Shown in pieces: positions 15,260 to 24,532 of a stretch of 24,532 bases of DNA. The translations under genes and the position numbers were made by a program. Position 1 is the first letter of the stretch. Each line of letters opens with the position of its first letter. The notes beneath the pieces were generated by a model, which had not been told where the DNA came from, made no database searches, and saw only the letters and a list, made by a program, of their open reading frames with translations. Source of the DNA: a virus; IMG/VR virus record IMGVR_UViG_3300020154_000115. One strand, 5' to 3'.

Positions 15260-16573
15260 TTACATCATATTGGTGAATTCTCTCGACTCATCGATATCCA
15301 ATCCCTTCAGGTAGAATTCCGTTGTTGAAAGCTTAGCATGCCCGAGCGAATCCTGAATATATTTCAAGTTTGCCCCGGCTTTCAGTAAGATTGTTGCCGC
15401 GGTATGACGGGCGGTATAGGTTGTTATCTTCCCTTGAATACCCAAATCCGAAGCCACACGATTAAGCCACTTATTAGTAGTTTTTGTCCACTGTTTTATC
15501 TTTTTCTTTTTTGTTGCCTCATCCATCTGATCGTTGATCACGCCGAAGCAATACGGTTTGTGATTGCCGTATTTAGCAAGAACAGCCTTCATAACATCAT
15601 TCAACGGATGGACGATCGGGCGCTTTATTTTAACAGTGTTGATTGTTTTCTTCCGATAAAAGACCAGTACATCAGACTGGATCTGTTCAGGCTTCAGGTA
15701 AGCCATATCAATAAAGTTCATTCCCTTTGCGTAGTAGCTGAACATGAACTGCGAAATTGCCTTCTCTTTACCTGGTCTCCCAAACTTATTGTACTTCCCG
15801 ATTTCACCGTAATAGGTTGCCTTGTATTTCTTTTTCGGTACCGTATCGGGCAAAACCGGAATAAACACATGGTTATCCGGGTTGTAATTATTTAGCGTTT
15901 CCTTATCCTTCATCGCAAGGGCTTTCTTTGTACCAATGCCGGTAGGAATTTCATAAAGGTCCTGCCCAAACGGATAGAGACTCGCAGGCACCTGGCCGTC
16001 TTTAATGGCTTTTTTATACACCTTCCTTAGGTTCCGAAGGTAAATTCCGATTGTTGAATAGGACCTCCCCTTTTTTATCATCCAGGCTTCATAATCCTTC
16101 AGTACCTGGACATTGATTGACTGAAGCGTTAATTCCTCCCCTCCAAAATCCACCAGGCTCTTATAGGCATTAGCAAAGGTTTCTGCCGTCGATATGGTCC
16201 GGGCTTTATCCTCCTCATGCTTGAACATCATTTTAAGATCGGTGGCCATCACGAAATCCTTTCCCCATAGGGCCGCAAATAGCGTATGGGTTACGAACGG
16301 GTTCTGGTCAACCAAATCCCTGGCCATTTTTTTGTATCCCTCAAGCTCCTCTGATTGCTTCCGGAGAGAACCCCGGATATCTTTCGCATTCAGTTTATTC
16401 CATTCATCCGAAGTGAAGAAAAAATCCTTTGGCAGGTCATAATACTTTTGAGGGTAAGTGGCCTTGCCATCTTTGAACACCTTGTAGGTTACGCGGAGCT
16501 TTACCTTGTATTTCTTTTGGGCATAGGGGTACCTGATATCCAGGTATAGCCCTATTACTGGCTTTACTTGCAT
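15260..16573 (-). CDS. site-specific integrase of the element (tyrosine recombinase)
   Basis: N-terminal arm-binding-like LYLDIR..KVKLRVTY, SAM-like domain, GMNFIDM, RKKT, YTARH, LGH, TTEFY; adjacent to the tRNA 3' end. Confidence 0.93.
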   Translation of the reverse strand: MQVKPVIGLYLDIRYPYAQKKYKVKLRVTYKVFKDGKATYPQKYYDLPKDFFFTSDEWNKLNAKDIRGSLRKQSEELEGYKKMARDLVDQNPFVTHTLFAALWGKDFVMATDLKMMFKHEEDKARTISTAETFANAYKSLVDFGGEELTLQSINVQVLKDYEAWMIKKGRSYSTIGIYLRNLRKVYKKAIKDGQVPASLYPFGQDLYEIPTGIGTKKALAMKDKETLNNYNPDNHVFIPVLPDTVPKKKYKATYYGEIGKYNKFGRPGKEKAISQFMFSYYAKGMNFIDMAYLKPEQIQSDVLVFYRKKTINTVKIKRPIVHPLNDVMKAVLAKYGNHKPYCFGVINDQMDEATKKKKIKQWTKTTNKWLNRVASDLGIQGKITTYTARHTAATILLKAGANLKYIQDSLGHAKLSTTEFYLKGLDIDESREFTNMM

Positions 16574-16652
16574 AGTTGCTTTGCATTAGAATTTGGCACT
16601 ATGCAACAGGTTTGTGTTGTTCCCCCCGGTTTGCATAGTAATTGCATAGTAA
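16568..16652. repeat. TTGCATAGT repeats, probable integrase arm-type binding sites
   Basis: Copies at 16568-16576, inverted at 16598-16606, tandem TTGCATAGTAA at 16631-16641 and 16642-16652, degenerate copy at 16581. Confidence 0.75.
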
Positions 16653-16683
16653 TTCGGAAAACGAGCGGAAAAAGTGGGAAATG

Positions 16684-16713
16684 AAGCGGAAATTTTCCCT
16701 CGAAATTCCGCTT
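16684..16713 (-). terminator. hairpin downstream of the tRNA, within the att region
   Basis: AAGCGGAA...TTCCGCTT inverted repeat, followed on the minus strand by pyrimidine-rich sequence. Confidence 0.5.
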
Positions 16714-16731
16714 AAAATCCCCTTTTCCCTG

Positions 16732-16805
16732 TGGGCCCAGCTGGGAACGATCCAGCGACCCCCTGATTATGAGTCAGGTGCTCTAACCAGCTGAGCTATG
16801 GGCCC
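16732..16805 (-). tRNA. tRNA with CAT anticodon, most likely tRNA-Ile2 (lysidine type); CCA not encoded
   Basis: Full cloverleaf GGGCCCA TA GCTC AGCTGGTTA GAGC A CCTGA CTCATAA TCAGG GGGTC GCTGG ATCGTTC CCAGC TGGGCCC A; resembles E. coli ileX rather than initiator Met. Confidence 0.93.
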
Positions 16806-16819
16806 TGAAAAACAGATCG

Positions 16820-16851
16820 CAATTTTAAGTGATTAGATTCAGATTCCCAAA
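16820..16851 (-). promoter_or_regulatory. probable tRNA promoter
   Basis: Minus strand TTTG, 20-bp spacer, TAAAATTG, near the Bacteroidota -33/-7 consensus. Confidence 0.55.
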
Positions 16852-16904
16852 GACATCCGAAGAAGTTGTGATTTTTCATAAAAACGCTTCTCGGGGAATG
16901 CCCA

Positions 16905-18302
16905 TTACTGGTATTCGCTTGCGCCAATGTCGTAAGCATCGCCCGTTAAACGTGTACTCTTATAAAAGTCCAGGGCGATATCATAAGAAGAAATGGATTT
17001 TCCTTCGTCAACGGCAGGCGATTCGCCTTTTAACCTGAAGTTCGCTTTGCCGGAATCGACGAATTTTACTTCTCCAATATTGCGAGTGGTAAGGTTGTTT
17101 GACTGCTCCATATTCTTCATGGAGTTCAATTTCATGATGAAAGCGCTTTCTCCGTGTTCGCCAAAAGCACCCGGATTAACCACGATATTATTGATCACGA
17201 CGTTTTTCGGCACCTTGTCTCCATACATCCGGATGCCTACCTCCTTGGGATTAATAATGGTGTTGTTCAACACCTGGTATCCGTCACCGAGGTTATCGGT
17301 TCGCTCATCACAGAAAATTCCGGTGTGCGCCGAATTAACAATGATATTGTTGTAGATCAGGTTATCACCAAGTCCGAAAACCGTCAAGGCAGTTCCTGAC
17401 CCGCCTTTAATGTAGTTACCATGGCAGATACCGCCGGTGCCTGAACTTAACAGGATGCCATAGTTTTGGTCAGCTTTTTTTGCGGTACCGAAATTCTGCA
17501 CTGTATTCCCATAAACTTCAGCACCAACACTGGCGCATGCGAGTTGTATGCCATCCCAGCCGGTGTCCGTTACCCTGTTATCATAGATTTTAGCACCTTC
17601 AATAAGGTGAGGTAATTTAACACCGCAGTCTAGTTCGTATCCTCCATAAAAACTATGACCGATGTACATGCCTTCACCATCGGTATCGTGGATGTAATTA
17701 TCATGAATGGAAATATTCCGCATGGTGAAATAGCCGCGATTGGTTGCATTATCACAACTCGGATCTGTCTTAGCCATGATACCGGCGAAACCAACATTAA
17801 ACACCTCAACATGATCTACTTCAAAATTGGTACTCAGCTCAGTTAGCACCATACCATTGGAAGTTGAACCTGATATGCGAATACCATAGCCGTTTTTCAC
17901 ATTGCCTCCGGTGATCCTAAAATATTTACTATTGGATGTCTTAAAGTTAAATGGCCTTGAACTTACGGTAAGATTTGCCACGCCACCACAATTCGTAATC
18001 ATAATGGGCGATTGGGCCGTCCCGATAATATTTTTAAACGTCAATGATTTAGTGTATTTCGTCGCTCCATTAAGGCAGATTACATCGCCTGGCTTAAGGT
18101 TCAATGCATTGCCATCGATTGTAGAAACATCTGCCGGGACAACGTAAGTGCAAGTTGAACAATCAACCGAAGATGGTGTCGCTGGTTTAAGTGTTTCTTC
18201 CTGGATATCGCCTGCGGTTCTAACACCTTCATCATCGCTGCACTGAGAAAATACAAACACGAGTGAAAGCAACGTCAATGTCACAATGATTCTTTTATTC
18301 AT
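16905..18302 (-). CDS. right-handed parallel beta-helix repeat lipoprotein
   Basis: Signal peptide with FSQ-C lipobox and acidic SDDE; many IxxNxI and GI repeats; C-terminal FRL..SPAVD.G...DIGA.E. Confidence 0.85.
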   Translation of the reverse strand: MNKRIIVTLTLLSLVFVFSQCSDDEGVRTAGDIQEETLKPATPSSVDCSTCTYVVPADVSTIDGNALNLKPGDVICLNGATKYTKSLTFKNIIGTAQSPIMITNCGGVANLTVSSRPFNFKTSNSKYFRITGGNVKNGYGIRISGSTSNGMVLTELSTNFEVDHVEVFNVGFAGIMAKTDPSCDNATNRGYFTMRNISIHDNYIHDTDGEGMYIGHSFYGGYELDCGVKLPHLIEGAKIYDNRVTDTGWDGIQLACASVGAEVYGNTVQNFGTAKKADQNYGILLSSGTGGICHGNYIKGGSGTALTVFGLGDNLIYNNIIVNSAHTGIFCDERTDNLGDGYQVLNNTIINPKEVGIRMYGDKVPKNVVINNIVVNPGAFGEHGESAFIMKLNSMKNMEQSNNLTTRNIGEVKFVDSGKANFRLKGESPAVDEGKSISSYDIALDFYKSTRLTGDAYDIGASEYQ

Positions 18303-18522
18303 TTGTTAGTTTGATTACAAGTTATAATGACAGCTGATGCAAATCAGTTTAAAAAATTTATACGAATTATTGTTAAAAAGTTACACATGTATGGACTTAA
18401 AAAAACAGCAGACCCAGATTTTAAGTTTAACACAACAGTCTTTATTTAAGATATAGAAACCCGGGGTTAATCGCGCGAACAAACAGGCGAGCAGGAAAAG
18501 TTGTCGCCGAATTAACGTATGG

Positions 18523-21500
18523 TTATTTGATCAGGTGTAGCCATCCTTTACATGTAGCATATCCGTGAACGGTAACCTCATAAAAATATACCGCCCCCTC
18601 CAGGTCTTCACCCGACCAGTCGTATTGATAATCCGGATTTTTATATACTTCTTTTCCCCACCGATTGTAAATAACGATACGGGTTTTTAAATCATATGCT
18701 GCCGGCGTTTTTCCAGTGACATCACCTACCTGAATTGTAAAGACATCATTTTTATTTTCCTTCTCGCCGGGGGTAATAACATTCGGGATTTTAAGCGGTT
18801 CGAATCCCATCGTAACGGCTTTTTCCGTTATGCATGATTCGTGCTCAGCAATGAGTTTGATGGTATACACGCCACCTTTTTTGTATTGATGAGTGTATTC
18901 AGGTAACTCAGATGTGTTACCATCTCCAAAATCAAAATACAAATGATCCTCCTCACTTAACTTCTCGGTTAGATCTTTGACCGTTACAGACGGAACCGCG
19001 GTGCAATCGCCTTTTCGTTCCATTTCAAATTCGGGTTTTATCACAGGGGTTACGTGAACCGTTACCGTATCTTCATGCGTACATCCATTGGCTTCCGCAG
19101 CCGTAAGAAAATACTTCGTGGTTTGTAGTGGCGATACTACGGGATTTCGCAATGATGATACAAAAGAACCATCCTCACTCATCCATTGATAACTTGCCGC
19201 ACCGGACGCCTCCAGTTGATGTGATGTTTCAGCACAGATCATGGCGTCACCTTTTATTGTAACGTTAGGTGTAAACACATCCACGAAAGTGAATGTTGAA
19301 TCCTTCACCTTACATGTGCCTCTGTCAATCGCTTTTAACCATACCTTGTACCTGCCTGTATTTTTATATACGTGTGCAAAATGAGTTGTATCGAACTTGG
19401 TTAGTTTCGTACCATCGCCAAGATCCCACTCAAACGTTTCACCACCAAAGCTTAAGTTTTGAAAAACGATAGGATCCTCGAGGCAAATTTTATTTAACCC
19501 CGGCTTATTAAGCGCCAGAGAATTAGTTTGCAGTCGTGCCTTTAGAAGGGACAGATCGAATTTAAATACTGCGTTGTTACATCTAGTGCTTCGGTTACGC
19601 TGATGTTCAAAAGGAACATTGACAGCAGGGAAATCCGAATAGCCACCGCAACCTGCACATACCGCGTGATAAACAATACCTAGCTTGTCAAAGCGACTTG
19701 TACCACCATCCACATGTGTACCGGATTGTGTTCCCCCGAGAAATGTGCCGTAAAGATTTTGTGTGCCATCCTCCGAAAGGACCAGAAAATAAAAATCATT
19801 TCCTGATGTTTGCGACTGATAAGCATCGGCGGTGACAGGGAATCCTACCGTACTGCCACCAATATAATTACGGTAGATCGGATGTACCACTTCCTCAATC
19901 TCTACAAATTCTATCGGATCATTAATCTCTCCTCCCCATCCGCTGATATAGATATAACTACAATCACTCACAAGGAATGCTGTTGGGGAAATAATTCCAG
20001 GACCAATGAGCCTGACCCAGTAAGAAGTTTTCAGGTTATGGCTTAATTTGTGAACAAACTGCTTACCTGCTTGACCGGGTGCATAATTTCCAAGTGTTTG
20101 TCCAAAAGCAAAGACCTCACCCTGATCATTGAAATCAATAAAGTAAGATTGATCATACTGTGGTGTTCCCAAAAAAGTACCATCTATCGGTAAGCCATCA
20201 TTCGTTAACGACATAATCCAACCATCACCGCCTCCCTGATTAGTTGTTTTTAATCCATTCATTTCTGTTATCACGGGACTTGTAGATCCACCGGAAAGAA
20301 ACACGTTGTTGTTTTGATCGAGCTTCACAGAATATGCGGCGTCGGTGCCAGTTCCGCCTACAAACCTACTCCAGATAACGGTCGACAAATCAGCCTCCAA
20401 TTTTACAACGACGGCATCGTGTGAACCACCATGATAAGCATTTGCTGCAGGGAAATCATGAGACAATGTGTTGGATGCGATATACACCAAATCATTTTCA
20501 TCTGTGATGATATCACCACGCAATTGATCACCGTAGTTGCGCGCAAGCGGACTTTCGACTTTATTAAAAGGGGAAGACATGCTCCCGGAAATAAAATTAA
20601 CGCCATCATTCGCTGTACCGCCAAGGTATGTACCGCCAAGCAAAGCATCACCGGTTGCACTTAATTTGAGTACGAACAAATCAGTACCTTGTGTATAAGG
20701 AACACCCCATAAAGGATCGATGTCTTCGCCGCCCTGGAAGGTCGATCCATTGGTAACAGGAAAATCAGCCGAGCCTGTTGCACCGAGAATAAGCAATTCG
20801 CCTTTTGAATTTGTAACAAGACTTTGGGGAGTCTCTGTACCATTGCCGCCAATGTACGTGCAATATAGAAGTTGTGATCCTGCAGAATCATATTTAAGAA
20901 TTCCAACATCCCATGTACCGCCACCATATTCTAATTGATAAGCCCCAGGCGTGAGCGGATAGCCTGATTGAAATCCATTATTGGTAACCATACCTCCGGA
21001 GTATACGTTACCGCGATTATCATAGGTTGCAGTATTGCCCCAGTTATCAAGGGTTGATCCGGAGTAAGCGGAAAAAATAAGGATCGGATCAATCACCAAT
21101 TCCGAACACACATCATAGCCTTCCGGAAAAGAATACGAGACTACATTATTTTTCAGTTCATAACGGCAGGGAACATTAACCTTCTTTCCATCGATCCATT
21201 GAAAGGCGTACGGTTTCATTTCCCAGATCTCATTCACCGATGTTTCAATGTGCAGATTCTCATTATCCAGATACATGGTTTTAACACCGTCGTAATGCAT
21301 GGCAATAATGTCGGGGCTTGTCTCAGGTGATACGATCCACTCATACTTCATACGATCCTTTTGCGAATAGTAACGCATGTCGATACCCGGATAAAGGGTC
21401 TCGTAATAAATGCTGTAAAATGTTGCTGCGTTAGACGCCCACTTAGATTTATCGTTCCCTAAAAAGTAATTGTATTTCGTAGGTGTGATATCTCCTCCGC

Positions 21501-21825
21501 GCACCGCTGCATGCTGATTAGCGTTTACAAAACGTACTTCGTAGAGATGAGCATGTACTTCATCATACACTACACCGGATTCGCTTCGCGCCTGTGAATG
21601 AGGAGTGCCATTCCCATTTTTTTCTGTGTCTGAATTTTGTTTTTGAAAGAACGAAAAGCTGATGCGATCCCTCGCAAAAAGCACTTTACCCGATCGTACA
21701 TCAGCACCAAAAAGAAACTGATCCGGCCACTGGTTTTTATTTTCAATGAATTTAATTCCTGGCTCAGGATCGGCAAAAACCTGAAATGACACTAGAACCA
21801 AAACTAAAAGAAGCGGTACGCGCAT
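18523..21825 (-). CDS. T9SS type-B (gliding motility-associated CHU_C C-terminal domain) protein with SBBP beta-propeller repeats and PKD domains
   Basis: FIENKNQW N-terminus, LVIDP, TYLGG repeats, WDLGDG/FDFGDG PKD motifs, IPNVITP..NDVF..IYNRWG..GWL C-terminus. Confidence 0.9.
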   Translation of the reverse strand: MRVPLLLVLVLVSFQVFADPEPGIKFIENKNQWPDQFLFGADVRSGKVLFARDRISFSFFQKQNSDTEKNGNGTPHSQARSESGVVYDEVHAHLYEVRFVNANQHAAVRGGDITPTKYNYFLGNDKSKWASNAATFYSIYYETLYPGIDMRYYSQKDRMKYEWIVSPETSPDIIAMHYDGVKTMYLDNENLHIETSVNEIWEMKPYAFQWIDGKKVNVPCRYELKNNVVSYSFPEGYDVCSELVIDPILIFSAYSGSTLDNWGNTATYDNRGNVYSGGMVTNNGFQSGYPLTPGAYQLEYGGGTWDVGILKYDSAGSQLLYCTYIGGNGTETPQSLVTNSKGELLILGATGSADFPVTNGSTFQGGEDIDPLWGVPYTQGTDLFVLKLSATGDALLGGTYLGGTANDGVNFISGSMSSPFNKVESPLARNYGDQLRGDIITDENDLVYIASNTLSHDFPAANAYHGGSHDAVVVKLEADLSTVIWSRFVGGTGTDAAYSVKLDQNNNVFLSGGSTSPVITEMNGLKTTNQGGGDGWIMSLTNDGLPIDGTFLGTPQYDQSYFIDFNDQGEVFAFGQTLGNYAPGQAGKQFVHKLSHNLKTSYWVRLIGPGIISPTAFLVSDCSYIYISGWGGEINDPIEFVEIEEVVHPIYRNYIGGSTVGFPVTADAYQSQTSGNDFYFLVLSEDGTQNLYGTFLGGTQSGTHVDGGTSRFDKLGIVYHAVCAGCGGYSDFPAVNVPFEHQRNRSTRCNNAVFKFDLSLLKARLQTNSLALNKPGLNKICLEDPIVFQNLSFGGETFEWDLGDGTKLTKFDTTHFAHVYKNTGRYKVWLKAIDRGTCKVKDSTFTFVDVFTPNVTIKGDAMICAETSHQLEASGAASYQWMSEDGSFVSSLRNPVVSPLQTTKYFLTAAEANGCTHEDTVTVHVTPVIKPEFEMERKGDCTAVPSVTVKDLTEKLSEEDHLYFDFGDGNTSELPEYTHQYKKGGVYTIKLIAEHESCITEKAVTMGFEPLKIPNVITPGEKENKNDVFTIQVGDVTGKTPAAYDLKTRIVIYNRWGKEVYKNPDYQYDWSGEDLEGAVYFYEVTVHGYATCKGWLHLIK

Positions 21826-21886
21826 ATCGATTTAACATTGAATATCGTTGGCTCTGAACCGAAAGATAGAAAACAAAAACAAATAA

Positions 21887-24454
21887 TTACGTCTCTTTAC
21901 GAAGTACCTGTAGCGGCGGCGTATTGATCACCTCACGTGAATTAAACCATCCGATCAGGAGCGTGAGAAAAACCACTCCAAACACACTTACAGAGAGTTC
22001 CTGCCAATCAAACCCAAAAGTAATTTCGAAAAAATACGTGGTAAGCAAATAACCTCCACCCATGGCAAGGATTAGTCCGGTGAGCGCAGAAAACAATCCA
22101 AGCCAGGCATATTCAACTAATGTGATCATGGTTATTTGCCGGGTTCTTGCCCCGAGCGTTCGCAACAAAACATTTTCTTTCATGCGGATGAATTTACTGT
22201 TCACCACTGCACCTGCTAATACAATTAAGCCGGTAATCACGCAGAAGAGTGCAAGAAAACGCACGACAAGTCCCAGTTTGTCGAACAGGGCATTCACTGT
22301 ACTCAAAATTAGCCTCAAATCAATGAGGGACACATTTGGGAATTTCGTTACCAGTCCGCGTTGAAAAACATTGGCCTGTTGCTGATCATTTATGCGTGTA
22401 GCCGTAACGTATATTTGCGGTGCTTGTTCAAGGACACCGCGCGGAAAAACAAAAATGAAATTCGGAGGATCTTTTGGCCAATCGACTTTTCTGACGCCAC
22501 TGATATAAGCTTTCATCAACACACCTTGTACATCAAAAACAAGAGAATCGCCTACCGTGACCTGAAGGTTTTCTTCCATCCCTTCAGAGATCGTAACCTG
22601 AATTGAATCACGCCCCGGTTTTAATTTTTGCAGTTCCCCTTTTATTAATTCTTCCGAATGATGCAGGCTGTCGCGATATGTAACACGGTATTCCCTGGTT
22701 AATGCCCAGTTCGGAACTTTATCCGTCGTGTCTTGCTGAAGCGTCTCTACCGGCTTACCCTTTACTTCGGCCAACCTGCAGGTAATAATCGGCACAACCT
22801 GGTTTACTTTCAAATTATGTTCTTCCATTAAATCCACAACGCCCTCCTTCTGATGCGGTTGAATATCAAATAAAATGGTATTGGACTGATTTTCCTGTCC
22901 GGTAAATTCTACCTGCCCCAGCATACTACGTTCAACGATGTTTAAGGTTGAAATGATGAATGTTCCCAGTCCGATCGTGACAAGTAGGATACGGGTTTGA
23001 TTATTCGGACGATGTAAACTGGATAACGAATGGCGCAGAATGAAACCTGCGTTGACCGGAAAAAACTTACGAATCATAAACAGAAGAAACATTGCCACTA
23101 AGGTGAGGCATCCGAGTGCGACGCCGAGGCCAAGCATAAAGTATAAACCGGTAAGCAGACTTTCTGTCTGAAGGGCGGCAAATCCTGCGGGAAACAAAGT
23201 GATAAGAATAAGGGTGACTATTCTTGTTTTGGAAAAAATCCGCAGTTGTGGTTGTTCCGAACGCAGCACCGTTAACGGAGGAACAAATCGTACCGATATC
23301 AACGGAAGAATTGAAAAGAGAACAGATACCACTGCACCTAGAAGTAAACCGATCAGAATGGAATCCCAGGAAATTGAAAACGTAATATTAAAAGGCAGCA
23401 TTCCCTTCAATAAATAAGGCAGCACCTGTTGCACCCCTACACCGATCAACGCTCCGGCTATACTACTCAGGATACCCACGATAAAAATCTGGATAAAGAA
23501 TATAGAGAAAGCCTGCCATCCTGTTGTTCCTATACACCGCAACACGGCTACTTCCTGTCTTTTTTCATGTGCATAAATATGAACAGAACTTGCTACACCA
23601 ATGCAACCGAGTATCAACGCTACAAAAGCCAGCAAGGAAAAGAACTGGTATATGGAACCAAATGCTTTACCGAGCCCCTCCTTTCGCTTTTCCACAGTTT
23701 CATAGGAGTATCCTTCCTTCTTTAAAACAGGATTCAGCGATTCCACAACTTTCTCGACATCCGTTACCCCTGTCGATTTGAAATAGTTTTTATAATTAAC
23801 GCGGCTTCCGAATTGAACAAGTCGTGTAGAATCCAACGCTTCAAGATTAATATAAACCGAAGGTGTAAAGGTTGCCATGATACCTCCGCCACCGGGAATT
23901 TTGCGTACGACACCAGATACTTTAAATATACTGTTACCGATCCGAATCGAATCATCAGAGCTTACGGAATATTGACTGGCAAGGGATTCGTCAAGCATGG
24001 CATACTGACCGGATTTCATTTTTTCGTACGCATCTTCGGGAAGGGTTTCGATTGCCCCATAAAAGGGAAATGGCCCTGATATGGCAACTAACCGGATCAG
24101 ACGCGACTGCCCGGAATTCATGAACAATACCATCGACGCCATGTTTGCTTCACTTGCCTGTACCATGTTGGTGGAATCAAATGCAGCAAGCACATCGGGT
24201 GTAAACTTTTTATCGCCATTCACCACAAGATCTGCACCTAATAATTCTTTTGCATTACGGTCGATATCCTGCTGAAGGTTCTTGTTCAGTGAGTCGAGCG
24301 ATACAACGGCTGCAATACCCGCAATTAACGATGCAGCAAATAAAAATAAACGTGATAAATTGTGACGTGAATCGCGCCATGCCATGTGCCATACCCAGGG
24401 ATCGAATAAACTGTATCTTTTAGCGCGGGTGATCTTAATTTTATACTCTACCAT
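21887..24454 (-). CDS. ABC transporter permease, FtsX/YbbP-like
   Basis: MAWRDSR, LLGADL, FPFYG, two permease halves with AVLRCIG and LLRTLGA, ending PPLQVLR. Confidence 0.92.
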   Translation of the reverse strand: MVEYKIKITRAKRYSLFDPWVWHMAWRDSRHNLSRLFLFAASLIAGIAAVVSLDSLNKNLQQDIDRNAKELLGADLVVNGDKKFTPDVLAAFDSTNMVQASEANMASMVLFMNSGQSRLIRLVAISGPFPFYGAIETLPEDAYEKMKSGQYAMLDESLASQYSVSSDDSIRIGNSIFKVSGVVRKIPGGGGIMATFTPSVYINLEALDSTRLVQFGSRVNYKNYFKSTGVTDVEKVVESLNPVLKKEGYSYETVEKRKEGLGKAFGSIYQFFSLLAFVALILGCIGVASSVHIYAHEKRQEVAVLRCIGTTGWQAFSIFFIQIFIVGILSSIAGALIGVGVQQVLPYLLKGMLPFNITFSISWDSILIGLLLGAVVSVLFSILPLISVRFVPPLTVLRSEQPQLRIFSKTRIVTLILITLFPAGFAALQTESLLTGLYFMLGLGVALGCLTLVAMFLLFMIRKFFPVNAGFILRHSLSSLHRPNNQTRILLVTIGLGTFIISTLNIVERSMLGQVEFTGQENQSNTILFDIQPHQKEGVVDLMEEHNLKVNQVVPIITCRLAEVKGKPVETLQQDTTDKVPNWALTREYRVTYRDSLHHSEELIKGELQKLKPGRDSIQVTISEGMEENLQVTVGDSLVFDVQGVLMKAYISGVRKVDWPKDPPNFIFVFPRGVLEQAPQIYVTATRINDQQQANVFQRGLVTKFPNVSLIDLRLILSTVNALFDKLGLVVRFLALFCVITGLIVLAGAVVNSKFIRMKENVLLRTLGARTRQITMITLVEYAWLGLFSALTGLILAMGGGYLLTTYFFEITFGFDWQELSVSVFGVVFLTLLIGWFNSREVINTPPLQVLRKET

Positions 24455-24532
24455 GGTTATGGGTTATTGGAAACATCTCCTCACATGATTAATTCTTCAC
24501 GGCTTCTACCGGTGTAATGATTTCTTCTTCAA

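Larger units (their letters stand above)
1..16731. mobile_element. tRNA-proximal end of an integrated element (prophage-like or ICE-like), left boundary outside the window
   Basis: Tyrosine integrase directly downstream of a tRNA 3' end, with arm-type repeats in between. Dense small hypothetical ORFs, including YopX-like and phage-type proteins, plus a PRTRC cassette. Abrupt switch to long host-type genes beyond the tRNA. Confidence 0.85.

Noticed and set aside
13598-16573. Both recombinases lack the first catalytic Arg (TGFAW, GMNF) and might be inactive
   Set aside because: Common in Bacteroidota integrases such as IntDOT, where an Arg in the downstream RxKT motif substitutes; both have RxKT
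7081-16905. GGGAATGCCCAT at 7081-7092 and 16894-16905 as a possible att or target duplication
   Set aside because: A single 12-mer match is expected many times in 24.5 kb and it is not at a plausible boundary
385-24275. Numerous antisense or nested ORFs in the track (e.g. 1003-1500, 7632-8018, 9386-9829, 15404-15895, 16993-17355, 22062-22364)
   Set aside because: Shadows of well-supported genes on the other strand or frame, with no recognisable motifs
16905-24454. Host surface proteins and ABC permease as element cargo
   Set aside because: They lie on the 5' side of the tRNA, outside the att boundary, and are common Cytophagales chromosomal gene types
24489-24530. Possible 3' end of an upstream minus-strand gene (...EEEIITPVEAVKN*)
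   Set aside because: Too short to support a call

Overview
Bacteroidota (Cytophagales-like) DNA in two parts. Positions 1 to ~16.73 kb are one end of an integrated mobile element (prophage-like or ICE-like; no virion or conjugation genes are visible, and the far end lies outside the window). It is inserted at the 3' end of a CAT-anticodon tRNA (probably tRNA-Ile2, 16732-16805, minus strand). The element carries many small phage-type ORFs, a repeat- and hairpin-rich control region (1.6-3.2 kb) and a long rightward gene run punctuated by terminators. That run ends in a PRTRC-type ubiquitin-like cassette (protein E with TPR-like tail, Ub-like protein C ending GTKG, F-like protein, E2-like protein B, ThiF/E1), followed by two convergent tyrosine recombinases. 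Positions 16.9-24.5 kb are ordinary host genes: a beta-helix lipoprotein, a T9SS type-B (CHU_C) PKD/SBBP protein and an FtsX-like ABC permease. The most notable unexplained signals are: the JAB-less Ubl/E2/E1 cassette in a phage-like context; a cluster of Noc/ParB-site-like palindromes that also form a 30-bp inverted repeat around two inward-facing genes; rrn-type boxA sites paired with serial terminators; a swapped-order 12+14-bp repeat; and an unannotated 55-aa ORF ending in a beta-clamp-type motif. All protein calls come from motif recognition by eye, not from database searches.
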